Below, in pieces: positions 50,300-63,014 of a stretch of DNA of 63,014 nucleotides. The notes under the pieces are model-generated. The model made no database searches and was not told the DNA's origin. It saw only the letters and a list, made by a program, of their open reading frames with translations. Both the position numbers and the translations under genes were made by a program. The DNA comes from Octopus bimaculoides (lineage: Eukaryota), in contig NC_068985.1 in NCBI RefSeq assembly GCF_001194135.2, positions 23,140,130 to 23,203,143 on the forward strand. Direction: 5' to 3'. The stretch's first letter is position 1. Every line of letters begins with the position of its first letter.

Positions 50300-52024
50300 T
50301 TATTTAATTACCATCAACAGTCTTGAAAAACTTAGTAACATTAGCAGATGCATTTTCAACATCCAATGGGATACGTGAGGAATAAAAAAAAATGAACTGA
50401 AACAGAGTAAAACATAGAAGCACATATATAGAAATCTTCAGTCCTAGCACTAACATTATAGGTATGCATTTTGTTGGGAATCATACTTGGGATATACTAT
50501 GAAACTACCCAAATGATACTACAAATTATGTAGTAAAATATTCTCTTTAACCTCTCAATGAACCATAGAGGTCTGGGATAATCAGATAAGAATAGAGAAG
50601 TTAACAGTGATATATTATCAAATATTGTGAACAAATTAGTTTATCAACAAAACTGATATTATGCTATATAACATGATATAGCTTTGATAACTTCAAATAG
50701 ATAGAAAGGTAAGCCTGTAAGTATTAAATGATCAATTATTTGCATTATGTTCTGATTCAAAACAAATTTTTCTCTAACATAAATTTTGTTTCGTTTGTTA
50801 TTACTTTTATTAACAAGACCCACCCTTTTCAAGGGGTGGTTCTGGTTAATTCTGAACAGAATCCAAAATTATTGAAAATATTTCCCACCATTACTTCCTT
50901 TAGTATTATTTCCATTCTTTTATGTTCAATTTCATAACCATTTGGATACATTTTATCTTCTCTTTCTTCAGATGTACCATTTTTTGTCTTGCTTTGCTTT
51001 TTTTATTTTTATTTTTATTTTTAGTATTATCTAATCTTGGTTCAAATTTATTTAAGCTTTCACCTCTTCCTCATAATTTTTATTAATTTTGCTCACCCAA
51101 ACTATATTTAGTTTCTTTAATTCTTTGAGAGAATTTATTATCATTATTTCCTTCAATTTGTTTCCTACATTCAAATTTTTCAATCCTTATTTTATATTAA
51201 TCATTTTCTTTTTATATTTAGCATCCAATTTCCATTCATAAAAATCATTTTTATTCTGTTTTCATTGCTATTCTTCAATTAAACTTTTTACTCTTTCTTC
51301 TTTTTACTTCTATACTTTCCAAACCTTTCTCTCTCATCTCTAACAATTTATTTTTAGCCTGAGCTTGCAATCTGCTTTTATTTTCCTTCTACCATAACCA
51401 CAGTATCTTATTCTTTATTTTCCTACTGATATTTCTTTTTGCTAATGCATACATTCATCCCAAATTATAGTTTTTGTTCTGCTCTCCCTGTTCAATATTA
51501 TGAACAACGTCAAGTGACTGTTTCCTACTGATTTTGTTTACATAGTAACTCAACACTTATGTGAAAAACTGACTTTTCAGATCAACAAACTGATAAAATG
51601 TGTAGAATAATAAGAATTGACATGATACTTTTTTCCAGAACCTTTCAGAGCATTTGTAGTACTTCTCTGACAAACAAAGTCATAAAAAGGTGAAGAATAA
51701 ATAAATGAAATAAGATATTTTTCTAAGAGTCTCTCTCTTGGGTCAGTGCTGATTTGAGAAATGAGACTGAAATCAGAAAATAGGAATGAAATTTCTGTAA
51801 CACTAATGCGAGGGTTTTTTTCTCTATTAAAAGACAACTTAACCAAGATGTTTCAGGATTGGAAATATTATCATTAATTATCTTTTTCTCTTTATATTTT
51901 TTTTTTTTATTCTATTTCCATCAACTAATTTCTTCTCAATGAGACTTTATTAAAAAAGCACATTTTCTGTAATTCATTCAAAATTATGATATTCAGTTCA
52001 GTATCTCCTCTATGTTTCTTGCCA

Positions 52025-52073
<49 letters not shown>

Positions 52074-52718
52074 CATTTTAAATCATTTTATTATTCGCTT
52101 AATTTTGTATATTGCATTTTTCATTCATATTGCATTCTAGAGGGGGGGGGAAGGTGGTTAATATGCAGTTTAAACTTCTGTAGGCTTGAGCTTGTGGGAG
52201 AAATGTTAGTAAAGGAGGGGTTATGAAGGCACAACCAGAGATAGGAAGAACTTGATAAAGTATTTAGGGCATAACATATTGGGGATATTGAGGAGTGGCA
52301 GATTCATCAAGTAAGCTACCCTTTAAGATGTAGTTATAACTATGTTATAGATAGGCAGTCACCATAAGTGATAAACAGATTCTGAGGCTTATTCACCAGA
52401 TGGTTTTAAAAATAAATTTCCCACCTAGCTAGTCTTTATTCTCCAGATGTTTCTACCACCTGATTTTATAGGAGTTACCTCCGTTTTTTTGTTGCTTTTT
52501 AGAGTTTAACCCCGCCCCCAAGGGAGTTTTATCTTCTAATTACTTGGATAATCTCAACTGGCCAAAGGTTTTCAATTCACTATACTGTATGCATGAAACC
52601 CAAGCACCTTAGCATTTATAACAAGTTTGAAGGGTTTTATTATGAATTGTTGAGGAAAATGGAAGATAATACATATATTTTTTTACTTTAGTACACGTAT
52701 TGATTGATGTTGAATCTA

Positions 52719-52786
52719 CTCATGGGAGTTGTGCAATCTCTGCTCATGAGAGTTGTGCAATCTCTGCTCATGGGAGTAGTACAAAT
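52719..52786 (+). repeat. 24-bp minisatellite, ~2.8 copies
   Basis: ctcatg(g/a)gagttgtgcaatctctg repeated. Confidence 0.9.
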
Positions 52787-52994
52787 TAATAATATTTAAT
52801 TTTTTTATATCAAAGTTGACTTTGTTTTGCAACAGAGAAGATAAGCTTCATATGTGACAGATGCACTGAAGCAACATATACTGTGAGAACACCAGAAACA
52901 GATGCTCTTAAATGTTTGTATAGTTCATAAGTAGTTAACAGCTGTTATTTAGGTAACATAATTAGCAGGGTATGTGGTGGCTCAGAAAGTATAT

Positions 52995-53480
52995 TAGCCA
53001 GGGCAAGAATGGACTGAAAAAAGTTCAGGGAGCTATTACCACTGCTAGTATCAAAGGTCTTTTCCCTTAGAGTGAAGGGCAAATGTGTTAGAAATATAAT
53101 GTTGCATAGTAGTAAGATATGGGTTTTCAATGCAAAAGACTGAAAAGAAATAAAGTCAGCATACTCCAAAGTATATGAAATGTTAATGTGCACGAATGCA
53201 GGAGAACGACTGAACTAAGGGAAAAACCAGGTATAAGAATAATCAGGTGTAGAGTGCAAGAAAGGAGGCTACACTGGCATGAACATGGAATGCATATGGA
53301 GGATGACTGTTGCATACGAAAGTGTCAAGTGTTCAAAGTTAGTGGAACACACAGATGGAAACTAAGACTTGAGGCAATGTGGGGAATATAGACATGAAGA
53401 AGCTGCATCTCAGGAACAAGATGACAAAGAATAATACTGACTGGCAGTATGCAGTGTTACAGGAGGTCTGTCCGCCAAAG
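52995..53480 (+). mobile_element. Decayed RTE RT C-terminus
   Basis: KKFRELLPLLVSKVFSLRVKG, ELREKPGIRIIRCRVQERRLHW..H..HMEDDCCIRKC. Confidence 0.8.
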
Positions 53481-53519
53481 GCAAAATGTACCTAATACAA
53501 TAGCAGTGTTTAAAAAGCC

Positions 53520-54665
53520 ATAATGTGTGTGTGGGTGCACGTGCATGCATATGTATTGTGGTTCCCTAAAAAGCCCATCTTGCTGCCTCCCCACTCTGTG
53601 TCATCACACAACCTCCCCACTCTGTGTCATCACACTCACTGCCTTCATGACATCCATCTCCTCCTCACTCATAACTCATCTCCATTTCATTTGTTATATT
53701 TGTCCCGGTTGTGCTACCAAACAGCACACTCTCTCTCAGATTACTTCTATTCCTCCTCCTCCTCCTCTTGCCTTTATCTCACTAACTGCAATTACACCTC
53801 TAGAATGTGTTCTAGCTTTCTTTCTCTCATGCACTCACTGCACCCACTTAATGCTCTCCTTGGCCCTTGCTCATCATCTTCTCTCTTCAGCCTCCCCATC
53901 AATGACATGCTTCTATGGCATTTACACACTGCTTTTCCATTTTCCCTTCTTCTGTAGTCGCTTTCCTTTATTATTCTCACTGCAGTCACACTCTGCTCTT
54001 CCATCTTGTTTCATTTTCTCCCTTTTCCTCTCCCCACGGCTTCTCCACCTCGTTATCCCTCTCCCATTTCTCACCAACTCCCATGACTTCTCCATACCGC
54101 TCCCCTTCAATGGCTCCCTTAGTATTCTTCACTACCCTAGTCTATTGTTCCCTTGCTATACCCTTTCCCTTACACCTTCTGACCATAGTTAACCTTATGA
54201 TATAGGACAGCGTTAGACCCCACCTACATAATGTACCCTATCATCTTTCTACTTTGTCCTCTTTTTCTCACTAACCCCTTCTCTTTTCCCTGCCATACTC
54301 CCTCCTTCAAATTAGTGTCAACTCTGCTACATTGTTACTTTCTCTATTACCACCCTATCACAGCTTTAAGTTCATTCCACTCATCTTACTATCCAGAGTC
54401 ATTGCACCCTTAATTATAGGGGACAGTTTAGCCCCTTAGTTTTGCAAGTTACAAGGCAATGCTCACTAGTGCTGGTGTCATGAAAAAATACCCAGTACAC
54501 TATATAAAGTGGTTGGCATTAGGAAGGACACCTAGCACTGGAAACCATACCAAAGCAGTTGTTGAAGTATATAACACGGTCCTACAGCATATCAGATCCT
54601 GTTAAACCATCCTGACATATGCCAATACAGAAGCCAGACATTAAATGATGATGATGATGATGATT
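53520..54665 (+). mobile_element. RTE-tailed element with ~900-bp C/T-rich body
   Basis: The body ends in ttgcaagttacaaggcaatgctcactagtgc...gtggttggcattaggaagg...cattaaa(tga)n, the same junction as the 14270-15000 element. Confidence 0.55.
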
Positions 54666-55493
54666 TGTTTTACAATATGACACAATAACACTTCAAGCAT
54701 ATTTAAAATATTACACTTCATTTCATACCTCCACACTAAGTCTTTATATGGTTGTTCATCTACATGAAATAGCAGCAAAATTCACTCACATTACACCCTA
54801 CCACCTTGGGTAAGGCAGCAACACATTGTATAATGTATATAGTCTTCAATATACAAAAAAGATTGCCAAGGTGGGAACACCTTCGAGTAAAACTCTGCTA
54901 AATAACAACAACACACACAAAATCATTTGGTTTACAATGGAGTGTGAAAACACCACAGGGTTATTATTTTAATGGTAAATTTTCAGTGAAAAATTATAGC
55001 ATTTCTATATTTCACTTTACTTATCGTCTGTATTCATCCTGAGTAATAATTTTCTTTGTCATTCCATTCTAAGATCTAAACGTTCGTTGTAATTTATTAC
55101 TTCCAACATTATTTCTCAATCTCCTGTNNNNNNNNNNNNNNNNNNNNNNNNNNNNNGGGGGTTGTCATCTTCATCTCATCCTGTATTTGATGTAAGTGAA
55201 GCATGTAAGTTATAACTAACTTATCAAAATGCCATCTGTTTACTATGGAAATGTTAATAGATTAAAGTTATCATTGAAATTTTTTTTTCCATCTGAATAT
55301 GATGCTAAAGAATAAATTAAATAAACAGATATGTGAATGAAAAGAAATAAGAAGGAAGGTGATCCGATAAAGAAAGGAGTATGGCTAGAAGAACATTTCG
55401 GTTAACATTAACTCACTGAAGATAGTTTCTCAGGTTAATGGAAAATTTCAAATTCAAACTGTAGATATAAATTAATATATCTAGTGGAAATAA

Positions 55494-55705
55494 GGCAGCA
55501 AGGTGGCAGAATTGTTAGCACCCTGGGTAAAATGCCTAGCGGCACTTCATCCATCTTCACATTCTGAGTTCAAAGTCTGCTGAGGCTGACTTTGCCTTTC
55601 ATCCTTTTGGAGTAGAAATAAGTACCATCAAAAACTGGAGTTGATGCAATTGACTTACCCACTCCATTGAAATTGCTGGCCTTGCATCAAAATTTGAAAC
55701 CAATA
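55494..55705 (+). mobile_element. Family C SINE, full length
   Basis: aggcagcaaggtggcagaattgttagcac...gagttcaaag...ctttgcctttcatcc...aaatttgaaacc. Confidence 0.8.
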
Positions 55706-58571
55706 TAGGACCTATATCTATTGGAAATGTCAAACATGTTAGAATGCAAGATATTTGATACTGGAAGCAAAAAAAAAAAATTATGTATTATGTCACACTT
55801 ATGTATAAATCACATCTCTAACTCATTTCATGGTTTTAGCTTTGCCCAGTATATAAGTCAAACCTCAGCTTTCTCAATTAAAAATTAAGCATAAAATAGT
55901 AAATGCAGCAGATGAAAAAAATAGGTAAGAATGTTAGTTCTTTCTTTCTGGCCTAATTTTAGTCCATCTTTAAAACCTATTCATAAAGCATTAACATAAA
56001 GAGATTCTTTCATTGTAACATCCTAGACATCTTTATTTCCATTGACTACCTCACTTGTCCAAAACTGCCAACTCTTACTCCAACCATAATTTCTGCTTTC
56101 TCCCACTCACAAGTTCTCTATCACCACTAACTGAGATTAGCTCTGAGGCTCCAAATGCTCCACTCTTCCTCTCAACAGAACTACTCATGGCATGCTGTCA
56201 AAGAGTCCAAGCTGTCGACTGTAGCTCCATCCTCCTTCCTTGTATCCACTAGTCACATTCCTTTTCTTCTCATCTTCCACCCATTCCTCTGACATGTCAT
56301 CCTTAGCAAATTCTAGTTTCTACAATCTGTCTCAACTACACTCCCATCTTTGCTGAACTCCACATTCCTTTCCTTTTCTTATGATCATAATGTATGTGAC
56401 TTTCAGATCAGAAGTTTCTCCATTCCTAACTTAGAAAGTCCACCTGCCATTGCAACATCTGCCCTTCCATTTTTACCATCACAACTTTGTGCAGTCCTAA
56501 ATCCACATTCTATGTTACTTCCCACTTCATTTATATCTCCAGTAATGTTATAAAATGCATCCAATGTTAGTCATGTAATGCTTTATATGTAAGTTAAACT
56601 GCTTGATACTTGGTGTACAGCTTCAGGGAGGACATCCCTGATGTACAAACATCACACTTGGGCCCCATAATTCTGTGGTTCACTACTTTTGTCCCACTAC
56701 CTTTCTAATTTTGGTTTATTTACATCATGGTCCATTTTCATTAGGCTGTTTTGGGAACAGCTTTCTAACTAAGTTTGTCCTCTCACCATCTCCACTTTTC
56801 TCTATTCAAAAACTACATATCTATCTACTCACTTCCTTCAATCATGACCTGGACTCCTGCATGACAACACAAAAATTTTGCTTTTATAGAATCTCTTCTC
56901 TTTCTTGAAAAAGGGCCTGTGTCCAAATCATTGACAATCTTATTTTATCTATTTATTTAAATTTGCACAGTAAATATATTTACATTTACTTTATATTGCT
57001 TAAACATTTATTCTATTACTTAAAACATATTCTGATCTAATTGATCTAATTCGCTTTATGAACAATCACATGATCATATTTTCAAATCTTGTTATAGCCA
57101 TTGTATTGCAGACAAGCAAAAGTACATTATGCTACTTGTCTCAAATTGCCTGATTGACAACAAAACCCAATTCCACAGTTGAGTGATAAATAACAATATG
57201 CAGATATCTAAATTTACAAATAACTATCCACACTCACTTTATCATAATGAGAAAAAAAACAAAAAAAAGATAACAAAATAAAACGACTATTGTTTCTTTC
57301 TTTCACTCACAATATCTAAGTGAAAAAAACAAACCATGATCACTTATAAATACTTTTACAGTTGTTTCTTTTCTATTGTGAAGCTACTTTTGCATTTAAC
57401 AAATGCCTAAAGTAAAAGATTATATGAGTTTAGCAGATAGTTTAACAACATTGACACCTTAAGTATGAATATAATGACTGTTGACCAAATAGGTTTCTCC
57501 TTTGCTTCTTTTCTCTACACTTGTTAGTTGTACTATTTTCACAACTTTCTATTTTCTTTCTCTTTTTATTTTTATATTCTAAATAGATCCACAACCTTGC
57601 TGTTGCTATCAACACTTGAATAGTCTGACTACTAATTAACAATATACGTTATAATACTCAACCCGCAACAGTAAATAACTGCCAACTGATATAAAAACTG
57701 TCAGCTATTTTAAAAGTATTACATTAACAATTCAATACTAATGCAATACTTTAAAATAGTCAGGAAAATTCATGTACAGTGCCACTGCTGGAGTGATTGC
57801 TATCTTGAAGTGTCTGCACCAGTTAGTCTCTTCAGATTCCAATTCACTGACTTTCCAAATACCCTTGACCTTTGTTTTACATTTAAACCTACCTTTTAAC
57901 TCTTTCATCAGAGTCTCTTTTGTTACACAAATCAGCCAATAATTTACCCAATAAAGGCATCCATCCCATATTAACTTATTGCATAACAACAATTTATAAG
58001 TCACACTCACAATCACATGGCTTTGGGTTCAGTCCCACTGCATTGCACCTTGGGCAAATGTCTTCTACTATAGCTCTGACTTGTCCAAAGCCTTGTGAAT
58101 GGATTTAGTAGATGGAAACTGAAAGAAGCATGTTATATATATATGTATGCACACACACACACACATATTTAGCAGATGCAACAAAGTGACTCAAGAGTAG
58201 AGAGTTTCGCATGTTAATGCACTAAACTCTCCACCCTTGAGTTACTCTGTTGCTTCTGGTAAATACAAATAGATAGATGGATGGACGGATGGACAGATGG
58301 GTGGACGAACAGACAGACAGATAGATAGATAAGATGGCTGCTAATATACAACTCTGGTACATTAGCAACAAATAGTTGCTAACTATGGGATAATTAAGTC
58401 TGTAAATTAAAGGAATAAAATAGGTAGTTATGTACTGTATGTGCTTCAAAAGTTTTGGTGCACCAAATGCATAATACATAACTTTAAGGTGCTAGATAAT
58501 TATTTAGTGTTCTTTCTCATCAGGTCTTCTTTCTAGTCACTTTGAAATCCTTTGCCATAATGAATTTGCCA

Positions 58572-58750
58572 TGCATGGCTGAGTGGTAAGAAGTGTGCTT
58601 CCTAACCACATGATCTTGGGTTCAGTCCCATGGCGTGGCACCTTGGGCAAGGGTTTTCTACAATAGCCTCAAGTCAACCAAGCCTTGTGAGTGGACTTGG
58701 TAGATGGAAATTGAAAGAAGCCTGTTGTATGTGTGTGTTTGTGCGCACAT

Positions 58751-58794
<44 letters not shown>

Positions 58795-58990
58795 ATGTCT
58801 GTGTTTGTCCACCACCACTGCTTGACAACTGGTGTTGGTGTGTTTATGTCCCTGTAACTTAGCGGTGCAGCAAAAGAGATCAATAGAATAAGTATCAGGC
58901 TTAAAAAAAAAAAAAATAAGTACTGTGGTCAATTCATTTGACCAAGAATTTTTCCAAGTGATGCCCCAGCAGGGTCACAGTCTAGTAATT
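58572..58990 (+). mobile_element. Family B SINE, full length (head fragment also at 58010-58140)
   Basis: Same modules as the other B copies, with a (GT)n linker. Confidence 0.8.
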
Positions 58991-59532
58991 GAAACAAATA
59001 AAAGATAAAAGCTTTCAATAGTTGAAAGGAGAGTGGAAAAAGGAATTGATCACGTAACCAACTACATGCCTTCTCTACAAATAACTCCAGCAAGCTTGAA
59101 TGGAGTATAGTTTTAAGAAGGTCAGTTTATCTGTATAAATAGATTTATGGGGTGGCTTTAGATAGTTCTGAGGTGATTAATATCTTTATTATATGGTTAT
59201 AAAGCTGAAAAAATAGTGTCATAATGGGTAAGTCAGAAACAAGATGGGATGTCAATTACTTTAAAGGAGATGAGGGGAGAGGGGAAAGATAAAATGATAA
59301 GAAAATAACAAAGCATACCAGATACAGTGCTGCTTGTAACTTGTGCTCACATGCGACATGCCCCCATATACAGGTATCAATACATAAGATAAAGCTAGAC
59401 AGGGGCACAGACACAATATACTTAGACATAAAGAATATACACACATGCCAGATAACATATATACACGTAGTGTGTGTGTGTGAGTGAGTGAGTGTATGTG
59501 CATGTATATATTTACATATATATATATATATA

Positions 59533-59567
<35 letters not shown>

Positions 59568-60059
59568 TTATTTATTAAAGTTAATATAACATATATATAT
59601 TTATTAAAGTTATATAACATGCATTCAATGCACCTTCTGAAACTGGATCCTGTCAAACCATCCAACCCATGCCAAATGCCAGCATGGAAAACGGAAGTCA
59701 AATGTTGATGATGATATATACATAAATGCACGTATGTATGTATGTATGTATGTATGTATGTATGTATGTGTGTGTGTGTGTGCTAAAGTATATGCTTGAG
59801 TCTCCTTATGTTGACATTGCGTGATTGTTGTAAATGAATGCTATTCATTGCCAATATTCTGCAAAATCCTGTCTGGCCATGGGGAAATATTACCTTAGTT
59901 AGAAACAAGTAAGGTTTGGTGACAGGAAGGGTATCAAGCTGTAGGAAAACTCACCTCAATAACTTCCATTTGATTCATGCAACATGGGCAGGTGGATGCT
60001 AAAACAATGATTACAATGATGACACACATTTCTTTCTCTCTCTCTTTCTCTGTATGTAT

Positions 60060-60622
60060 GTATATATATGTATGTGTGTTTGTTTGTTCCCCCACCATCG
60101 CTTGACAACCGATACTGGTGTGTTTACGTCCCCGTAACTTAGCGGTTCGGCAAAAAGAGACCATTAGAATAAGTACTAGACTTACAGAGAATAAGTCCTG
60201 GGGTCGATTTTCTCGACTAAAGGTGGTGCTCCAGCATGGCCACAGTCAAATGACTGAAACAAGTAAAGAGTATATAANNNNNNNNNNNNNNNNNNNNNNN
60301 NNNNNNNNNNNNNNNNNNNNNNNNNNNNNNNNNNNNNNNNNNNNNNNNNNNNNNNNNNNNNNNNNNNNNNNNNNNNNNNAAACTGAAAGAAGCCCGTCGT
60401 ATATATGTATATATATGTATGTGTGTTTGTTTGTTCCCCCACCATCGCTTGACAACCGATACTGGTGTGTTTACGTCCCCGTAACTTAGCGGTTCGGCAA
60501 AAAGAGACCATTAGAATAAGTACTAGACTTACAGAGAATAAGTCCTGGGGTCGATTTTCTCGACTAAAGGTGGTGCTCCAGCATGGCCACAGTCAAATGA
60601 CTGAAACAAGTAAAGAGTATAT
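60060..60622 (+). mobile_element. Family B SINE 3' half, duplicated on both sides of a gap
   Basis: About 60070-60275 is identical to about 60417-60622. Confidence 0.8.
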
Positions 60623-61339
60623 AAATTTGGATCCATATATTTATACATATAAATATACTTTTGTCAAATAGGAATAAAATGTATCTAACATTAAAAAAAA
60701 ATAAAATTTTAATTGCTAAATTTTCCATTGATATTAGTCAAACAACACCATACCATGTGATCTGAGACAATGCATTACATCTGCTCCTATTCAGTATCAT
60801 AAATAGATCATATTGAAGTAGTTAAATGACGTTCTGTTTTGAGTGCCAGGAGGAGAAATTCTTAACACAAAGATAAACAACCTTCTTTTTAGCATTCATT
60901 TATGAGAACTGGGAAAAAGAACCATCAATAGGAAATTAAGTCTGCAAGACTAGGTGGATTAAGTAGCAGGTAAACAATCGATAAAAAAAATGTAATAAAC
61001 AAATAACAAAGTAAGAGAAAATTATTATTATTCTAAGAGCTATGAACCCAACAACATCAATACATTTTCGGTAGATGTTAAATGACAAAAAAAAAAAAAG
61101 AAAGATTTTGAATGATTTGATTGCTATTATTAGTGATAATTCGACTGAAGAATGTGATTGTATGCCAAGAAGCAATAAGATAAAAATATAACTCCTTTTC
61201 TAAGAAAGAAAGTTTATAGATTATCACTTCTGTGAAGTGTTTTTAATGTATTATGTGTGAGGTTCAAACACACATGGAAAAAATTGTAAAATCTAATTAA
61301 ATTTCTTACTAAAAGAATTGTCTTTTTAAAATTTCTTTC

Positions 61340-61690
61340 AGGCATGGCCATGCAGTAAGAAGTTTGCTACCCAACCACATGGTTCTGGGTTCGGTTCCAC
61401 AGCACCACACCTTTGGCAAGTGTCTTCTACTATAGTCCTGGTCCAACAAAAACCTTGTGGGTGGATTTGGTAGACAGAAACTGAAAGAAGCCAGTAATGT
61501 GTGTGTGGGGGGGTGTACTTGTTCTCCACAACCACTTGACAACTGGTGTAGGTTTGTTTACATTCTCATAAATTAGCAGTTCAGGAAAAAAGAGAGAGTT
61601 AAAATCAAAACCATGCCTAAAAGAATAAGTGCTGGGGGTCAATTTATTTGACTAAGTCATTCAAGATGGCTGAAACAAGTAAAAGGTAAA
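61340..61690 (+). mobile_element. Family B SINE
   Basis: ggcatggccatgcagtaagaag...ggttctgggttc...ctgaaacaagtaaaag. Confidence 0.8.
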
Positions 61691-62125
61691 AAAAGATAAT
61701 TATAAAAATGGGTAAATGGTTGTTAAACTTTCACTTTCAAGGATTCTAAAAGTATATAAAGCTGAGAAACTAACCTATTGGAAAATTAGGAATAATTGAG
61801 CAAGTGAAGATGTATCTGACTAATACTGAGGTCTTTTGTCACATAATGAAATGATACAATGACAAAAGTAGAAAGGGAAACCTAAAATATAGTTACATAA
61901 TGTGCAATGATTTTTTTTTTTTTTACATGGTCTGTTTTCATTGTTATTTCTACTGTTTTGCAGCAGCATAGCATGAAAATAACTGATAGACCATTTGGTT
62001 GTAACCCAATAATGTAGTTTATGGCCAGATATACTACACTATAGCATATATATACAATACAGCATGCTGTATTTAGATCAATATAACACTGAAAGCAAGT
62101 TGCAAAAAATTTCATTTAAATGTTT

Positions 62126-62161
<36 letters not shown>

Positions 62162-62705
62162 TGAGAGAGAGAGAGAGAGAGAGTGTGTGTGTGTGTGTGT
62201 AGGCTTTCTTGATTACACAGAGGCAAGGATGGAGGCTATAAAGAATAGGCAATGTTTTCTCACAGTACAATAAAGAGAGTTGGGGGGGGGGAAACAAGCG
62301 ATTGATGGCGTGATCATTTTGTTTGGATTAGATAGAAAGATGAAATGATAAATTCTTATGCAATCAGTTCATTAATTGTAAATTCAAAATTATGTTTTAA
62401 GTCACTGCATAGCCAGAACATTTAATTCTATACAACACATGTAATCTTGCAATCAGGAATATGGACTTTACAATGAAATTAATGTCTTCTCACAACTGAA
62501 ATATGCAATTGAGCCTTGCTAACCTCATGGATCTCTTGCCATATGAAAGAAGTTGTAGTATGAGTGTTGTATAATTAAGGGTTTTATGTGTGTGATATGT
62601 GCATGTTAGTTATTCTTATGTTTTTGATAAACATATCCTTATACATCAGTGTCATTACAATAATACACACACACACATGTACATGTACAGATATATATAT
62701 ATATA

Positions 62706-63014
62706 TACCGCTCCGGCAGACACTCTAGCCAAATCGACTACATCCTCGCCAGAAATTGGGAAAGAGGGCGGCTTATAAATGCCAAAACCTACCCTGGCGA
62801 AGAATGTACCCCACAACATAGATTAGTAGTTAGCGACTTTGGGATCAAGGCAAAATGGGTGCCCAGAATTAGACAGACTTGGAGGAGAAGGGTGTGGAAG
62901 CTTAAAGACCCTGCAAACGGACAGAGACTTAGAGACAAGTTACTTGAAGCATTTAACGAAATAGAAGGGGATATAGCATCATACAACGTGGAAGACAATT
63001 GGAGATTTCTGCGG
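62706..63014 (+). mobile_element. RTE LINE ORF fragment (AP-endonuclease C-terminus plus linker), open to the window end
   Basis: 103 uninterrupted codons: YRSGRHSSQIDYILARNWERGRLINAKTYPGEECTPQHRLVVSDF...RVWKLKDP...VEDNWRFLR. IDYIL and QHRLVV are endonuclease motifs. CpG-rich. Confidence 0.92.

Noticed and set aside
53523-54413. 221-aa and overlapping ORFs as a protein-coding gene
   Set aside because: C/T-rich sequence lacks stop codons in all plus frames. The product is low-complexity S/L/P/H/F and lies within a repeat body.
57738-58016. 92-aa minus-strand ORF with protein-like composition
   Set aside because: No recognisable family, no good acceptor/donor pair, and a non-ATG start.
60060-60622. 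Tandem SINE duplication
   Set aside because: Copies are identical and flank a 102-N gap, most likely an assembly overlap.

Overview
AT-rich, microsatellite- and transposon-dense eukaryotic DNA with four N-gaps. The repeat families look like those of an octopod cephalopod (Octopus sp.); this is my recognition, not a database search. The only host gene I can support is NAA60 (N-alpha-acetyltransferase 60, NatF) on the minus strand. Three coding exons (30187-30078, 9437-9308, 2143-2047; 110, 130 and 97 nt) splice in frame to MNQAVSFGVQREVQLRFLCPDDIEEVKRLCTEWFPIEYPDSWYQDITSNAKFYSLAATYYSRIIGLIVAEVKSKTKLNREDADILATHYPTSCQVAYILSLGVVDEFRRHGI(G). The 3' exons lie off the left edge, and no transcription start is visible. 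The rest is intron or upstream DNA filled with RTE LINE fragments and tails, several tRNA-derived SINE families, mariner/Tc1 remnants, TTAA-, TA- and 8-bp-TSD MITEs, a Tx1/L1-like remnant and simple repeats. Nearly all ORFs in the supplied track are spurious. I found no evidence for a new multi-gene system. The best leads are a foldback element built from two mariner 3' ends, several long hairpins (one ending 27 nt from a splice donor), a uORF just before the NAA60 start, a degenerate Penelope-type hammerhead motif and modular RTE-tail elements. Repeat boundaries are by eye and approximate unless a TSD is quoted.
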